Assembly: GCA_050273025.1 (NCBI GenBank)
Contig: CP158635.1
Location: 15,686,001-15,750,000, forward strand
Length of the DNA: 64,000 nt
Reading direction: 5' to 3'
Origin: Cenococcum geophilum
Lineage: Eukaryota
This document shows positions 26,339 through 37,481 of the stretch, in pieces; position 1 is the first letter of the stretch, and every line of letters begins with the position of its first letter. The position numbers and the translations under genes were made by a program. A model generated the notes under the pieces. The model saw only the letters and a list, made by a program, of their open reading frames with translations, was not told the origin of the DNA and did not search any database.

Positions 26339-27625
26339 GATATATATACGTTTTTGTAGTATAAATAGTAGCAGCAGCAGCATTAAACCGCTTCGCACCA
26401 TTATTATCGCCTAGGTCATCACTAGCAGTAAGCTAAAATAACTTACTATTGCGTTCTAACGCGTTCTAACGATTGCGAAGCGCGTTATAACTACCGTCTA
26501 ATACCTCTACATTATCTTAAAACCTTATAAAACGCCTAGAAAACTATCTGTTAATATAGATATATATAAATCTACCTCCACAGCAGCTAGCAATATACGG
26601 CTTTTCCTACTCTATAAAATCTAGGAAAAATACTTACTTTTGTTATATCTATAATAAAGTAATAAGCGTATAATAGATGGTTACTTTAGGAGAATAGAGC
26701 AATAATAACCTCCTTAAATTTTATAAGGAGGATTGCCTCCTAGCAGATATAATATTCGATATAATTAATAATATTCTAATATTGTCGCCACTATTACCAC
26801 CACCCTCTATAAGCCCGCTTTAAGAACGCCTATTAGAATACGCTGCTGCTACTTCTCCCCCTCTTACCTTAACCAATACACCTACTTAGCCGTTGCCCTC
26901 CTCCCCTCGCCTAGTTTCTCCTATCCGTCCCTTATACGCCGTTATTACGTCTTGCCCTTACCTAACGTTACCATTACCGCTAGCAAAGCCTTGTTAATCT
27001 TTAGCCTCTATACTACTAGCACTAATAACTACACTGCGTACTTCTAGAGCCTCCCCGCCGGTATTAGCAACTACTCTATTACGGCGCCGCTTATTATATA
27101 TATTGTCGCCTATCCTCTCTATATATAACCTAGAACGCCAATTCTAAAATAAGTTAAGCCCCTTTTATAACTAGCACCTATATTACTCTATACGAAATCC
27201 CCCTAATACTAGTCTTATATAACTTTTATACGCTATTACAGACCTTATTGGATCTTATAATATAAGCTATATTATTAAATACAATTATTATCCTCCTATA
27301 TAGGATTAGCGAAGCACGAACCGTATATATAGTTTTTGTTTATTTAGGCTTATAGGAGATTATATTAAGATCTAAAAGAACTAAGATAGAGCAAAATGGT
27401 ACTCTGACTTACTATACTTTAACGGTATTATATTACTTTCCTTTATTTCCTATATTAATTATAGCGCCAAAGGAAGGAGAAATAGCTCTTATAGTTGGCT
27501 ACTAAATTGGAGCCGGTATAATTCGTGTCAGTTTACTCTAGTTAGCGCTTAGTAACGGCCTATACTCAAGTTAGACGGTGTATAGCTATAATAGAATATA
27601 TATATATACATATATATATATATAC
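26339..27625 (+). mobile_element. Non-autonomous retroposon element A, copy 1 (BIR-like ORF + LINE-type 3' tail)
   Basis: Colinear with 50929-52206. Ends GCTATAATAGAA-(TA/TACA)n. TSD AAGGATATAGCC (26327-26338) vs AAGGGTGTGGCC (27626-27637) differ only by G>A. RIP-broken ORF ~26365-27384. Confidence 0.85.
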
Positions 27626-27811
27626 AAGGGTGTGGCCAGAGCGGGTTGGCTAACCTCCCTACTAGTAGTGGCAACATCAAGTGCCAAATCATCTCTATTA
27701 CTGTCCGATATTACTTTATAAGCACGCTAACTCGGCTACGTAATGTCTAAGCTTAGCTACTTTTGCACTGCCTTATCTTATAAATCAGACCCTTAGTAGA
27801 CTATTAGTATA

Positions 27812-28560
27812 TATACTACGCGTACGGGCGGGTATACTGCTCCTTATTAACCAACAAATTCTTTACCGAGGGTCAGAGCTTATAGGCGTCGTTTTGGTAT
27901 AAACTAGATTGTTTTAAAATCGATTTTTGTATATTTCTACGAGCTACGTCTAACTACGAGGGTTATTATATATTTTGTTGATGTATTAGATTCTTTAGGT
28001 AATTATATCTTTATAAATATATACTATAGCCCTATATCTAGAATATTAAGGGGCGAGATATATTATTATGGAATGTGAGTTAGATTTTAAAACGTAGCTT
28101 TGTTTAAATCAACTAACTGCCTATATCTAACTTCTCGTAGAATAGAGCTACGATATCGCTATAACGTAGAGGCGATAGAGAAGATAAAGAGCTTTTAGCT
28201 TATAGTATTTTAGAGATAATTAGACGTAGAGAAGTATATAAGGTATGGCAGTGAGGCAAGATTGTAATAAAAACTAGCTAATGAGTTTTGGATAAATTTT
28301 TGATTAAATGCGACTGACTGCCTATATCTAATATTTTATATAATACAGCTATAACGTCGTTATTTGATGCAATAGATAGAGAAGCTAAAGAGCTCCTACC
28401 TTGTAGTATTTTTGTAATAACTAGACGTTATAAAAGGGTCGAGATACGGCAGTGAAAAATGTGATTTTTGGTGTATTTTGACGCCTCGTTACTCCTAGAC
28501 CCTTAGTGGAGAATTCGTTGGTTAATAAGGAGCAGTATGCCCGCCTATGCGCGTAGTCTA
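27812..28560. mobile_element. Non-autonomous DNA transposon with ~65-bp TIRs and internal ~140-bp direct repeats
   Basis: ACTACGCGTACGGGCGGGTATACTGCTCCTTATTAACCAAC.. is mirrored by ..GTTGGTTAATAAGGAGCAGTATGCCCGCCTATGCGCGTAGT. Internal repeats at ~28110-28255 and ~28312-28455. No clear TSD. Confidence 0.8.
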
Positions 28561-28742
28561 ATTTATAAGATAGGCACTGCCCCCTACCATTATTTGTAAC
28601 TCGCTCCTTTAAGGTGTTCTTTTATGAATCTACTAGCTAGCTAGCACAGTCCGCAGTTCTTTAACTGCTTGACCTGTGTATATCTTGCCTACATCTATTC
28701 TAATAATTTCCTTAGCTAGACCTCTCTAATAATTCTCTCCTT

Positions 28743-28858
28743 ATGCGTCTTTTGCGGCTTAAAGATGACGGTGAATTCAGCCTAGTCGAATTTGTTGGTA
28801 AGAACGCTATGCTGTTCTTTTATATACTTAGGGAGCGGATAATAAAGAGGTTACCTTT
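28743..28858 (+). pseudogene. N-terminal fragment of a HET-domain (heterokaryon incompatibility) protein
   Basis: MRLLRLKDDGEFSLVEFVGKN, then after a small frameshift YAVL(S)(H)T(W)GADN(E)EVTF, the canonical start of HET-domain NLRs. Truncated by unrelated sequence. Confidence 0.8.
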
Positions 28859-29313
28859 TTCTGCGCGTCGAAGTTGTGGCTATTCATTATCCTCGCCATC
28901 TTCTTCCTCGCCGCTTGACGAGCCGTTAAGCTCCGTCAGTATTGGTAGGATTGAGGTGGCAATCGCGGTGGCAGTGGTAGAAGTTTAGCGAGGATGGCTC
29001 CAGTAGCTGCATTAAATTCGGCGTTGTTATCGTCGTCGTCGTTAAAATCCATAATAATAAGATAGGTAGGTAGGAGCGATATAAGGTTATTTGGTAGAGC
29101 TCTGCAGGTCTGCAGAATTTGTAGGATTGCTTACTACTAAGCCGTATATAGAACGCCTCCTTACCAACGGTTACAAAATGTCAAATTTGACAAGGCTTTG
29201 CATACTGCGCCGAGCCTTCTATATAGGGCCTAGCTGATTACAAAAGAATGCTATAATATTGAGGTGTAAGAAACTAGGAGGCGACCCCTATACCGACTGC
29301 GCAAGTTATCTAA

Positions 29314-29715
29314 GGGTGCGTTTAGTTGCAAGTTTAGATTAAAATAAGGGCTTTAGAATAGAGTTAATCTAGAGCTCCAATCTGATTCTAAGGCGACCGT
29401 TTAGTTGAATTCCAGTTCAACTTAACTTTAGCTATAAATTTTTGATGTTCCTTTAACCGCCTAAAAAACACGCTAAAAGTTACTAAAAAGTTGGCAACTT
29501 TACTGTATACGGCTTCTAAACTGAAGGTCTTAGCGTTAGTTTAATCTAGAGGTCTAAGTTCTAGACCCTATTTAGTTTCAATCTAAAGTCTCTAGATTAT
29601 ATATGCCTATGCTTTTATAAAGCCACAAACGCGTACTAAATGAGGAAGGAACGCGTCCTTTTCTACTAGACCTTTAGTTTAGATCTAATCTGAAATTTTG
29701 CAACCAAACACAGCC
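29314..29715. mobile_element. PIF/Harbinger-like MITE
   Basis: TIRs GGGTGCGTTTAGTTGCAA / TTGCAACCAAACACAGCC, with TAA on both sides (29311-29313, 29716-29718). A truncated left-end copy lies at ~45414-45512. Confidence 0.85.
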
Positions 29716-30009
29716 TAATTAAACCGTATTATATTGAAGTGTTATGATGTAAATAGATATTCCTTTTATTTTAAATAAAATCTTCTTCAGTAACTATAAA
29801 CTTAGAGTCCGTGCATAAAGAGCAGAAGTGTAGCCGGCGCCTTATAACGCGTCCCATGCGCTACCCTGTAGGCGTTAGGACCTAAAGCTAGATATAGAGC
29901 TAAGAGAGGAGTAACTAGTCCACTATAACGTAGCTTTATGCCCTTAGCCGCTATAAACCTAGCCTTCTCTCTAGTATTTGCTTAGCTCTTACACTCTCCC
30001 AAAAAACGC

Positions 30010-33000
30010 ATGTCTACCTAGACGGCGAACGTGGCGATGGAGTAAGCGCTGGCACTAACGCTAGCTAAAGAGCAGGGCGGAGAGCCAAATCTAGTCGACA
30101 TAACCGGCCTCTGCTTATTATCGCTCAATAGCGGCGGAGTTTAAGGTTTATCGACGCTCTATATCTTAAAGGGCCTTATAGCCTAACTAAACTAGGCACG
30201 TTAAGCTGCTAACCTTCCTTTAGTAAAGCTATGCGAAGTCTTTGACCTTATCGGAGGCACTAGCATAGGAGGGTATGTATAGTACTCTTTTTCGACGGTT
30301 TTATCTAATATAAGTAGGCTTATCGCTATTATGCTCGGCCGGCTTAAGATGGATATAGATAAATGCATTCTAGTATATAACAAACTTTTAAAGGCCGTGT
30401 TTAAGGAGAAGTTAAGCTGGCTTCTAGTTAGTTGGATAGGTAGAATAACGGCATAGTTCAATTTAAATAGGCTAAAAAGCGTAATTGAAGAAGTAATAGG
30501 CAGCAAAGGCGCCTCTACGGTGGATGTCTTTAATGATGGGAAGCTTCGTGGGTATCGAACGTAGGTATACCATAGCTACGACACGCGCACCGCTTATAGA
30601 CCAGCAGCTTCGTATGCACCGTTGCAAAAGAAACTGTTGGTATCACACGCCTAAGGAGCTATACCTTACCCGACGAGCGCGATATTCCTGCTACTATCTG
30701 CGAAGCAGCTCTTGCGACGTCCGCGGCGACCGGTTTCTTCGACGCTGTTTCTATCGGAGCGCGCCAGTTCGTGGACGGTGCCCTAGGTGCAAATAATCCT
30801 ATTAATGAGGTTAAAGGAGAGGCTACGAATATCTGGTGCTCTAGGACTGGCGACTTAAAGCCTTTAGTAAAGTGTTTTATCTTAATTAGGACAGGAAACC
30901 CTGGAAAGAAAGCGATTAAGGATAATATGCTTAAGTTTCTCTCTAAGACGCTAGTTAGGATCGTGACCGAGACAGAGGATACAGAAAGGAAATTCGTAGC
31001 TAGATAGGCTAAGCATTTTAACAAAAATCGCTATTTCCGCTTTAATGTTAATTAAGGACTTTAGTAAGTTGGCCTAGCTAAGTATAAGGAATAGGGTAGG
31101 ATTGAGGCAGTAATGGACAAATGCCTTAGATATTAAGCTCAGAAATTCCAAGTACGGGATTATATTTAGAACCTACGACAGAAGTAAAGTATATATATTA
31201 AGGTAGCAGATTAGTTGCCATTATTCTTAGGCTAATGTCGTTTAGGTAGAACAGATGCAAACTTTGCTGCTATTATATATATAAGGCAAGATAAAGACTA
31301 TATCAGTTCGGAGCTCACTCTATATAGGAATATAGTATTCGTATTATATAGCTTTATATAAGTATAGCGCCTTTCTCTTTTAAGTTACCCTTGTTAATTT
31401 CCATCTAGCCGCCCGTAAGGCTTGCTAGACCGTTCCTTTCGCAAGGAATCAGCGATTTATGGGCCGCCATTCTTAGCTTAATCAACTTAAAAACACCCTT
31501 TTCGCTAAAAACCAATCGCTAAAGTTTGCAATTACCGGCCTTGGAGGCGTAGGCAAGACCCAGATCGTGCTTAAGCTAGCCTACTAAATAAGAGAAAAAT
31601 ATCCAGAATGCTCTATTTTCTAGATACTAGCCACTAACACTAAAAGCCTTTAACAAGCGTACCTTAACGTTGGTTGGCAACTTAGAATACCCGGACTATA
31701 GGAGGAGTAGGCTAATGTAAAGAAGCTAGTATAACGTTACTTAAGTCAGGAGAGTACGGGCCAGTGGCTGCTTATATTTAATAATGCTGATAATATAGAT
31801 ATATGGATTAATAAAGGCGGGAATAAGAATGATTTCTATAGTTTAAAGGACTACCTACTAAGGAGCCGTCAAGGGTATGTTATTCTTATAACGCGAAGTA
31901 GGAAAATTGCCGTTAAGCTCGTATAGTCTAATATAATTAAAGTCTTAAAGATAGACAAAAAGGTGGCCACGTAGTTGCTAAGCAAATCCTTAATTAATTA
32001 GGAGCTCTTAAGCAACCACTAGGAGGATACTCTAAAGCTACTCCAATAACTTACTTTCCTCCCCCTTACAATTATATAGGCAGCTATATATATTAACGAG
32101 AACGGAATAACGCTATCGGACTATCTATTGCTCCTAGAGGAGTAAGAGTAAGACATTATCGATCTCCTTAGCGAAGACTTTGAAGACGAAGGGAGATACT
32201 AGGACGTTAAGAATCCCATAGCAACTACATAGCTAATCTCATTTAAACACATCCGGCGGCTTGACCCCCTTACGGCCGAGTATTTGTTATTTATATCGTG
32301 CGTAAACCCGAAGAACATCCTGCAGTCGCTTCTTCCGCCGGCACAATCTCGGAAGAAGGAGACGGACGCGATCGGGACGCTAGACGCTTATTCTTTTGTT
32401 AGTAGGCGACCTAGGGATCACGCTCTCGACGTCCATTGACTGGTGCATCTCGCAATACGGAACTGGCTTAGGAGAGAAGAGTCGCTAATACGGTGGGCTG
32501 CGAAGGCGATAAAGCGATTAGAAGAAGTGTTTTTAAACCACGACTATAAGAACAGGAGCGTATAGAGAGCATACTTGGCGCATGCGCGTTATATGCTTAA
32601 ATCTAATAATATAAAGGATGGTATGCAAGAGAGAATAGAACTCCTTTAGAAGTTCGCCATGTGCCTTTATAGTGATGGGAGGTATAATAAAGTAGAGAAA
32701 CTATTTTTATAAGTAATGGAGACAAAACAGAGGGTGTTAGGGGTAAAGTATCCTTCCACGCTGACTAGCATGGCTAACCTGGCGTTAACGTACATAAATT
32801 AAGGGCGGTGGAAGGAGGCTAAAGAGCTGGAGGTACAAGTAATGGAGACAAGTTTAAGGGTGCTTAGGGCGAAGCATCCTTTCACGCTAAGCAGCATGGG
32901 TAACCTAGCGTCGATATACAGTGATCAAGGGCGGTGGAAGGAGGCCAAAGAGCTGGACGTGCAAGTAATGGAGGTAAGAAAGAGGGTGCTTGGGGCGGAG

Positions 33001-33576
33001 TATCCTTCCACGCTAAGCAGCATGGCTAACCTAGCGTCAACGTATAGGGATTAAGGGCGGTGGAACGAGGCCGAAGAGCTAGACGTGCAAGTAATGGAGA
33101 CAAGAAAGAGGGTACTTAGGGCAGAGCATCCTTTTACGCTAACCAGTATGGCCAACCTGGCGTTAACGTATAGGAATTAAGGGCGGTAGAAGGAGGCCGA
33201 AGAGCTAGAGGTATAAGTAATGGAGACGTTTAAGAGGGTACTTAGGGCGGAGTATCCTTTTACGCTGACTAGCATGGGTAACCTGGCGTTGATGTATAGG
33301 AATTAAGGGCGGTGGAAGGAGGCCGAAGAGCTGTCTATGTAAGTAATGGAGACGAGTTTAAGGGTGCTTGGGGCGGAGTATTTAGATACGCTAACTAGTA
33401 TAAACAATCTCGCATTTATGTTTAAAGCCTAAGGCTGTAACGTTAAGGCTATTTTACTAATGGAAAAATGCTTTTAGCTACGGAAATAGGTCCTTGGCCC
33501 TTAGCATCTATATACTATATTATTGCTTATAGCTCTAAATAAGTGGTAGCTAAAGAATATAGAGATTGGAGTTTAA
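30010..33576 (+). pseudogene. Fungal NLR: patatin-like phospholipase - NB-ARC - TPR; RIP-inactivated
   Basis: LCLLSL(DG)GGV(R)GLS, FDLIGGTS(T)GG and FVDGALGANNP (patatin). AITGLGGVGKTQI Walker A (~31528-31566), WLLIF(D)NADD Walker B, FLPL, VHxLVH. TPRs HPSTLTSMANLASTYxxQGRWKEAEEL with a 126-bp period (32803, 32929, 33055, 33181, 33307). Stop at 33574-33576. Confidence 0.93.
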
Positions 33577-33640
33577 AGAGACTTTATTTTATATTATATA
33601 CTTATAAGTATCCTAGGCATAGTATAAAAGAGGTTATTTA

Positions 33641-33899
33641 GGGGCTGTTTAGTTGCCACTTTATATTTAATATAAGGTGGTTATTTGGTAAATCTAACGA
33701 CTTTTAAATATGAAGCTCCTCTATATTAGTAAGCGCGTCAAATTTGCAAGCTATACTCTATACGGTAGTTAAAATGAGGTTCTTGGCACTGTTTTAATAT
33801 ATTGCTTTCGAGCCTCCGTTCTATATTCTATACCAATCTAGAGGTCTTATATATGCGCTAAAGTAATGACTTCTTATAATATGGCGACTCCAAACACCC
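33641..33899. mobile_element. PIF/Harbinger-like MITE
   Basis: GGGGCTGTTTAGTTGCCA .. TGGCGACTCCAAACACCC, flanked by TTA / TAA. Confidence 0.6.
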
Positions 33900-34442
33900 T
33901 AATTGTGATACTGTTGTTGCATTTACATGCCTTATATAATATTATTATTCTAACCTTTGTGATCGCGATAAGCTTGTTTCTAGGGCGTCGTAGGCATTGC
34001 TGTAGCTCTACTACGGCTTATACGGGAGGTGGGTAAAGGTGTAGAAAGCGTTAATTGCAGAGAGGGCGTTGGCTGAGGAGGAGGCTTATTACTATACTAA
34101 AGTAGGGAGTCGCGATAGAGGCCTGGTGGCAGAGAGGAGCTCACTTAAATCGCTCGCTGACGTTAATCACGTATTATGCGAAGCCAAATCTGGAGCCTTA
34201 TATGGAAGCTTACCAAATAATTGACTTAATTATAGATTTAAACAAGCTATAGTAGTAGCCGCTACTAATTATAGAACGGGCGATATTAAAATACGTATAA
34301 ATTGAACAAATATAATATAGAGCCGATTTGCAACTAAATATACCTTTAGTTAATAGAGCTCGCATAGGCCCTATATATCTTATTTATAGTAGTAACCTAA
34401 AGCTAGTGCAAACGCGGAATGGGTTAAGCTACGTAAGTATGC

Positions 34443-34565
34443 TTATCCCTTAACCCGCTAGTTCTGGCTCCTAGTTATTAATAAGACTTTAGCTAATCTA
34501 GGGCTCTTTATTGGCTAAAGTTTTATTAATAACTAAGAGCTAGAACTGGTAGGTTAAGAGATAAG
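34443..34565. mobile_element. Fold-back MITE, ~55-bp arms
   Basis: TTATCCCCTTAACCCGCTAGTTCTGGCTCCTAGTTATTAATAAGACTTT.. is mirrored by ..AAAGTTTTATTAATAACTAAGAGCTAGAACTGGTAGGTTAAGAGATAA. Confidence 0.8.
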
Positions 34566-34567
34566 TA

Positions 34568-34876
34568 CGGAGGTCCCTAATAAAAGTTCTTGTACCTTCC
34601 TAATTAGGAAGTTTTAGACTGACGTACGCGCAAGTATAGGTGCGTATTTTACAGTCTACGTAGCGTATACTAGAGTCTATATAGCGTATATTAAGGTACG
34701 CAAACTTTAAATATTAATTTACTAGCCTAATACTATATATAATAAAAATTCCCTATTATATTTTTAATTTATACTTAGTAAGATAATATATAAAAATATA
34801 GAAAGCCGTAATAAGTATTATTATTCTTAAAACTTCCTAATTAGAAAGGTGTAAGAACTTTTATTAGGGACCTCTG
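34568..34876. mobile_element. Tc1/mariner-like MITE
   Basis: ~50-bp TIRs C(G/A)GAGGTCCCTAATAAAAGTTCTT..CTTCCTAATTAGGAAGTTTTA, with TA on both sides. Confidence 0.85.
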
Positions 34877-34978
34877 TAATGTCTAACGGTAATAAAAGTG
34901 ATTTGGTACTAAATGTTGCCACTATAAGTAGGGAGGGTGGCCGACCCGCATAGGCTATACCCTTGTTTTCGTGGCGTA

Positions 34979-35194
34979 TGTATGGCTATAATAGAATATA
35001 CACCACCCTGGTATATCCGGTTGAAAGCGTATATTAATCTTAGTAGTTAAACGGCAGATTTTATACCTTTTAAAGTAATACGCACGGCCACTTTAATATA
35101 TTTTTACCTTTTTTAGGTATAAATCTAGGCATTTTAATTAGCGTGATTAATACGCGCTTTTAACCGGATGCGCCAAGGTGGTGTATATATATAC
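34979..35194 (+). mobile_element. Extremely 5'-truncated LINE-tail insertion containing a nested MITE
   Basis: TGTATGGCTATAATAGAATA-(TA)n-C is flanked by a perfect 14-bp TSD GTTTTCGTGGCGTA (34965-34978 and 35195-35208). Confidence 0.85.
35001..35183. mobile_element. Tc1/mariner-like MITE inserted in the (TA)n retro-tail
   Basis: TIRs CACCACCCTGGTATATCCGGTTGAAAGCG / CGCTTTTAACCGGATGCGCCAAGGTGGTG, with TA flanks. Confidence 0.85.
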
Positions 35195-35374
35195 GTTTTC
35201 GTGGCGTACACTTTAAAAGTCTTTTAAAAAGGACACGTTGTTAATAAGTAAGGCTAGTTTGGGTGCCCGTAATGGGGCACCTAACACTTAATTAAATTTA
35301 GTTTAGCGGATAATAAACCCTAGTCTAAAGCGAATAGCTGTAAAAAGCCAGTACTTGGTATACTTACGATATTG

Positions 35375-35766
35375 ATAAGTACCTATAAGTAGGAGTACCT
35401 ATAATTACGGGGAACACCTATAATAGAAGGGAGTATTTATAATAGGGAGTACTCCTAATAGTAAGGAGTACCTATAACAATAAGGAGTACCTACGACAAT
35501 GAGGAGTACCTACAACAATAAGGAGTATCTATAATGGGGAGTACTCCTAATAGTGAGGAGTACCTACGATAATGAGGAGTACTTACGACAATGAGGAGTA
35601 CCTACGACAATGAGGAGTACCTACGATAATGAGGAGTACCTATAACAATGAGGAGTACCCGCGATAAAGGGGAGTGCCTATGGTAACGGGGAGTACCTAT
35701 AATGTTAGGGAGTACCTATAATGGTGGGTACCTATAATAGTTGGGAGTAACGGGGAGTGCCTATAG
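35375..35766. repeat. 19-bp minisatellite (GAGGAGTACCTACGACAAT)n
   Basis: About 20 tandem units, degenerate at the edges. Confidence 0.92.
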
Positions 35767-37481
35767 CGATATGCCTTTGGCCGGTTTTCATTAGCTGTCT
35801 CTAAATAGTTGGCGTTTAGCTTACGTATTTTACTTACGGATTTCGTAAAAAAGCATGCTATTTAATTAGTATTTATATCGCTTTATTTTTATAAATTAGA
35901 AAATAGATACTTTAATTATAATGTAACTCTTAGCTAAGTTATAGTAATTACTAGAGATCTCTATAAGAGTCTTTACTATAGTTAATTTTAGGCCATCCTA
36001 AGGAGAAATATCCCTTGGGATGCCCTACCTAAACCTATATTATACTAGTTTAGTCTTAATAAATTACCTCGGTTATATAATCACCTTAGTTATACAATTT
36101 TCTAGCTTATTAAAATGTGCTGGCGTTTTCTTAACTGGTATAGGATAGAACTTTTCCTTTAAAGTAGTTAGTAGTCCGTATAGTAATAGAGAGAAGAGGG
36201 CCTACTAGATCTTGTAGGTTTAAAGGCTATAAAGGTTAATCTATAGACGTATAGGTATAAAATCGACCGTTGCGCTATATTAGGATATAGCAATCTACGT
36301 TATAGTCTCGCTTTAATCTATTAGCCTTTTATAAAAAGGTCTCCTTTTACTTTTAAAAATTCTCGTTTATGGCTCGCTTTGACCTTAGTAGTAACCTTTA
36401 CTTTAAACATATTACCGTAGTAGTAGATAATTAATAGCCTATTGGCGTTTTGTAGGGTAACTAGGGTGCAAGTTGGCTCTAAATTGTATATTAATAAGGT
36501 GGGAATATTAAGAATAAATATAGAATCTACCCCTTAATATTAGCCTAAGTTTTAACTGAAAACAAGATCTCGTTCTAAGAACTGGATCCAATTCTAAAAA
36601 CCGTATTTTAATTCTAAAGGCTATATCCTAATTCTGGGTCCTAGACGTACTAAGTGTGACTAAAAAGATATAGTATTGAGCTAATCGGATTATTTTTAGT
36701 TCTGGCTTAAATTGCGATCTTAATTCTGGTTTTGGGGCATAGGCCAATTAACTACTATAAAAAGGGTGTAATTTTAAAGACTGGATCTAGTTCTGGGAAC
36801 GGGATCCAGTTTTCGGAAAACAGGTCAATTAACTGCTGTAAAAAGAGGTTGCCTATATCTATATTTAGCATGTTAGGTTTAGCTCGTTTTAAGATTAGCT
36901 ACGTAATCGATTATAGGCGCGTGCACGACCAACCCAATAATCAACCTACTCTCGCAGCTGCACCTTGCCTGGCGCCTTTAGCATTACTGCATTAGAGCCT
37001 CGCTCTATTTAAGCCTTACGTATTATAAAACAAACTAAAGCTGATAATTATAATTAGTTATAGACTAATAAATGCTACCTGTAGCTTTCTAATAATACTG
37101 GAATCCTATATACGTACTATGTTTTAGCCTATACAACCAAAGACTATAAATGGTGTCCCTGTACTTTAGGTCATTGTAGCTTAATATTTAACTAAGCCCC
37201 GCGAAGCCTTAGTCTAAGCCACATTGGATTAGCTTAACTTTTCCGCGCCTAATCTACAATCCTTATGTTCTGCTTATACTCTGCTTCCTTCCTTATACTT
37301 TTCTTCCTTATTATATCCTTATTTTAAGACATGTGACGTATCCTTAACCTCCTTGCACTTATTTACTTCTCTACCATTATACCATTCGTTATATCCTAGC
37401 CTCTTTAATATCCCCTCCTCGCCTGCCTACCTGCCTGCCACGCTAGCCCTCCCAATATAGCTCTTAGCGCATTCGCCCGCA

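Noticed and set aside
27625..27640. TA|CAAGGGTG as a Tc1/mariner TIR
   Set aside because: Most motif copies are not flanked by TA, and the TAC here is better explained as the retro-tail end.
28859..29052. Acidic minus-strand fragment that truncates the HET gene, possibly a transposase N-terminus
   Set aside because: No catalytic motif or matching TIR pair could be assigned.
34929..34965. tRNA/SINE head (GGGAGGGTGGCCGA looks like a tRNA 5' end with an A-box)
   Set aside because: No B-box or cloverleaf, and the motif lies outside the TSDs, so it is target rather than element head.
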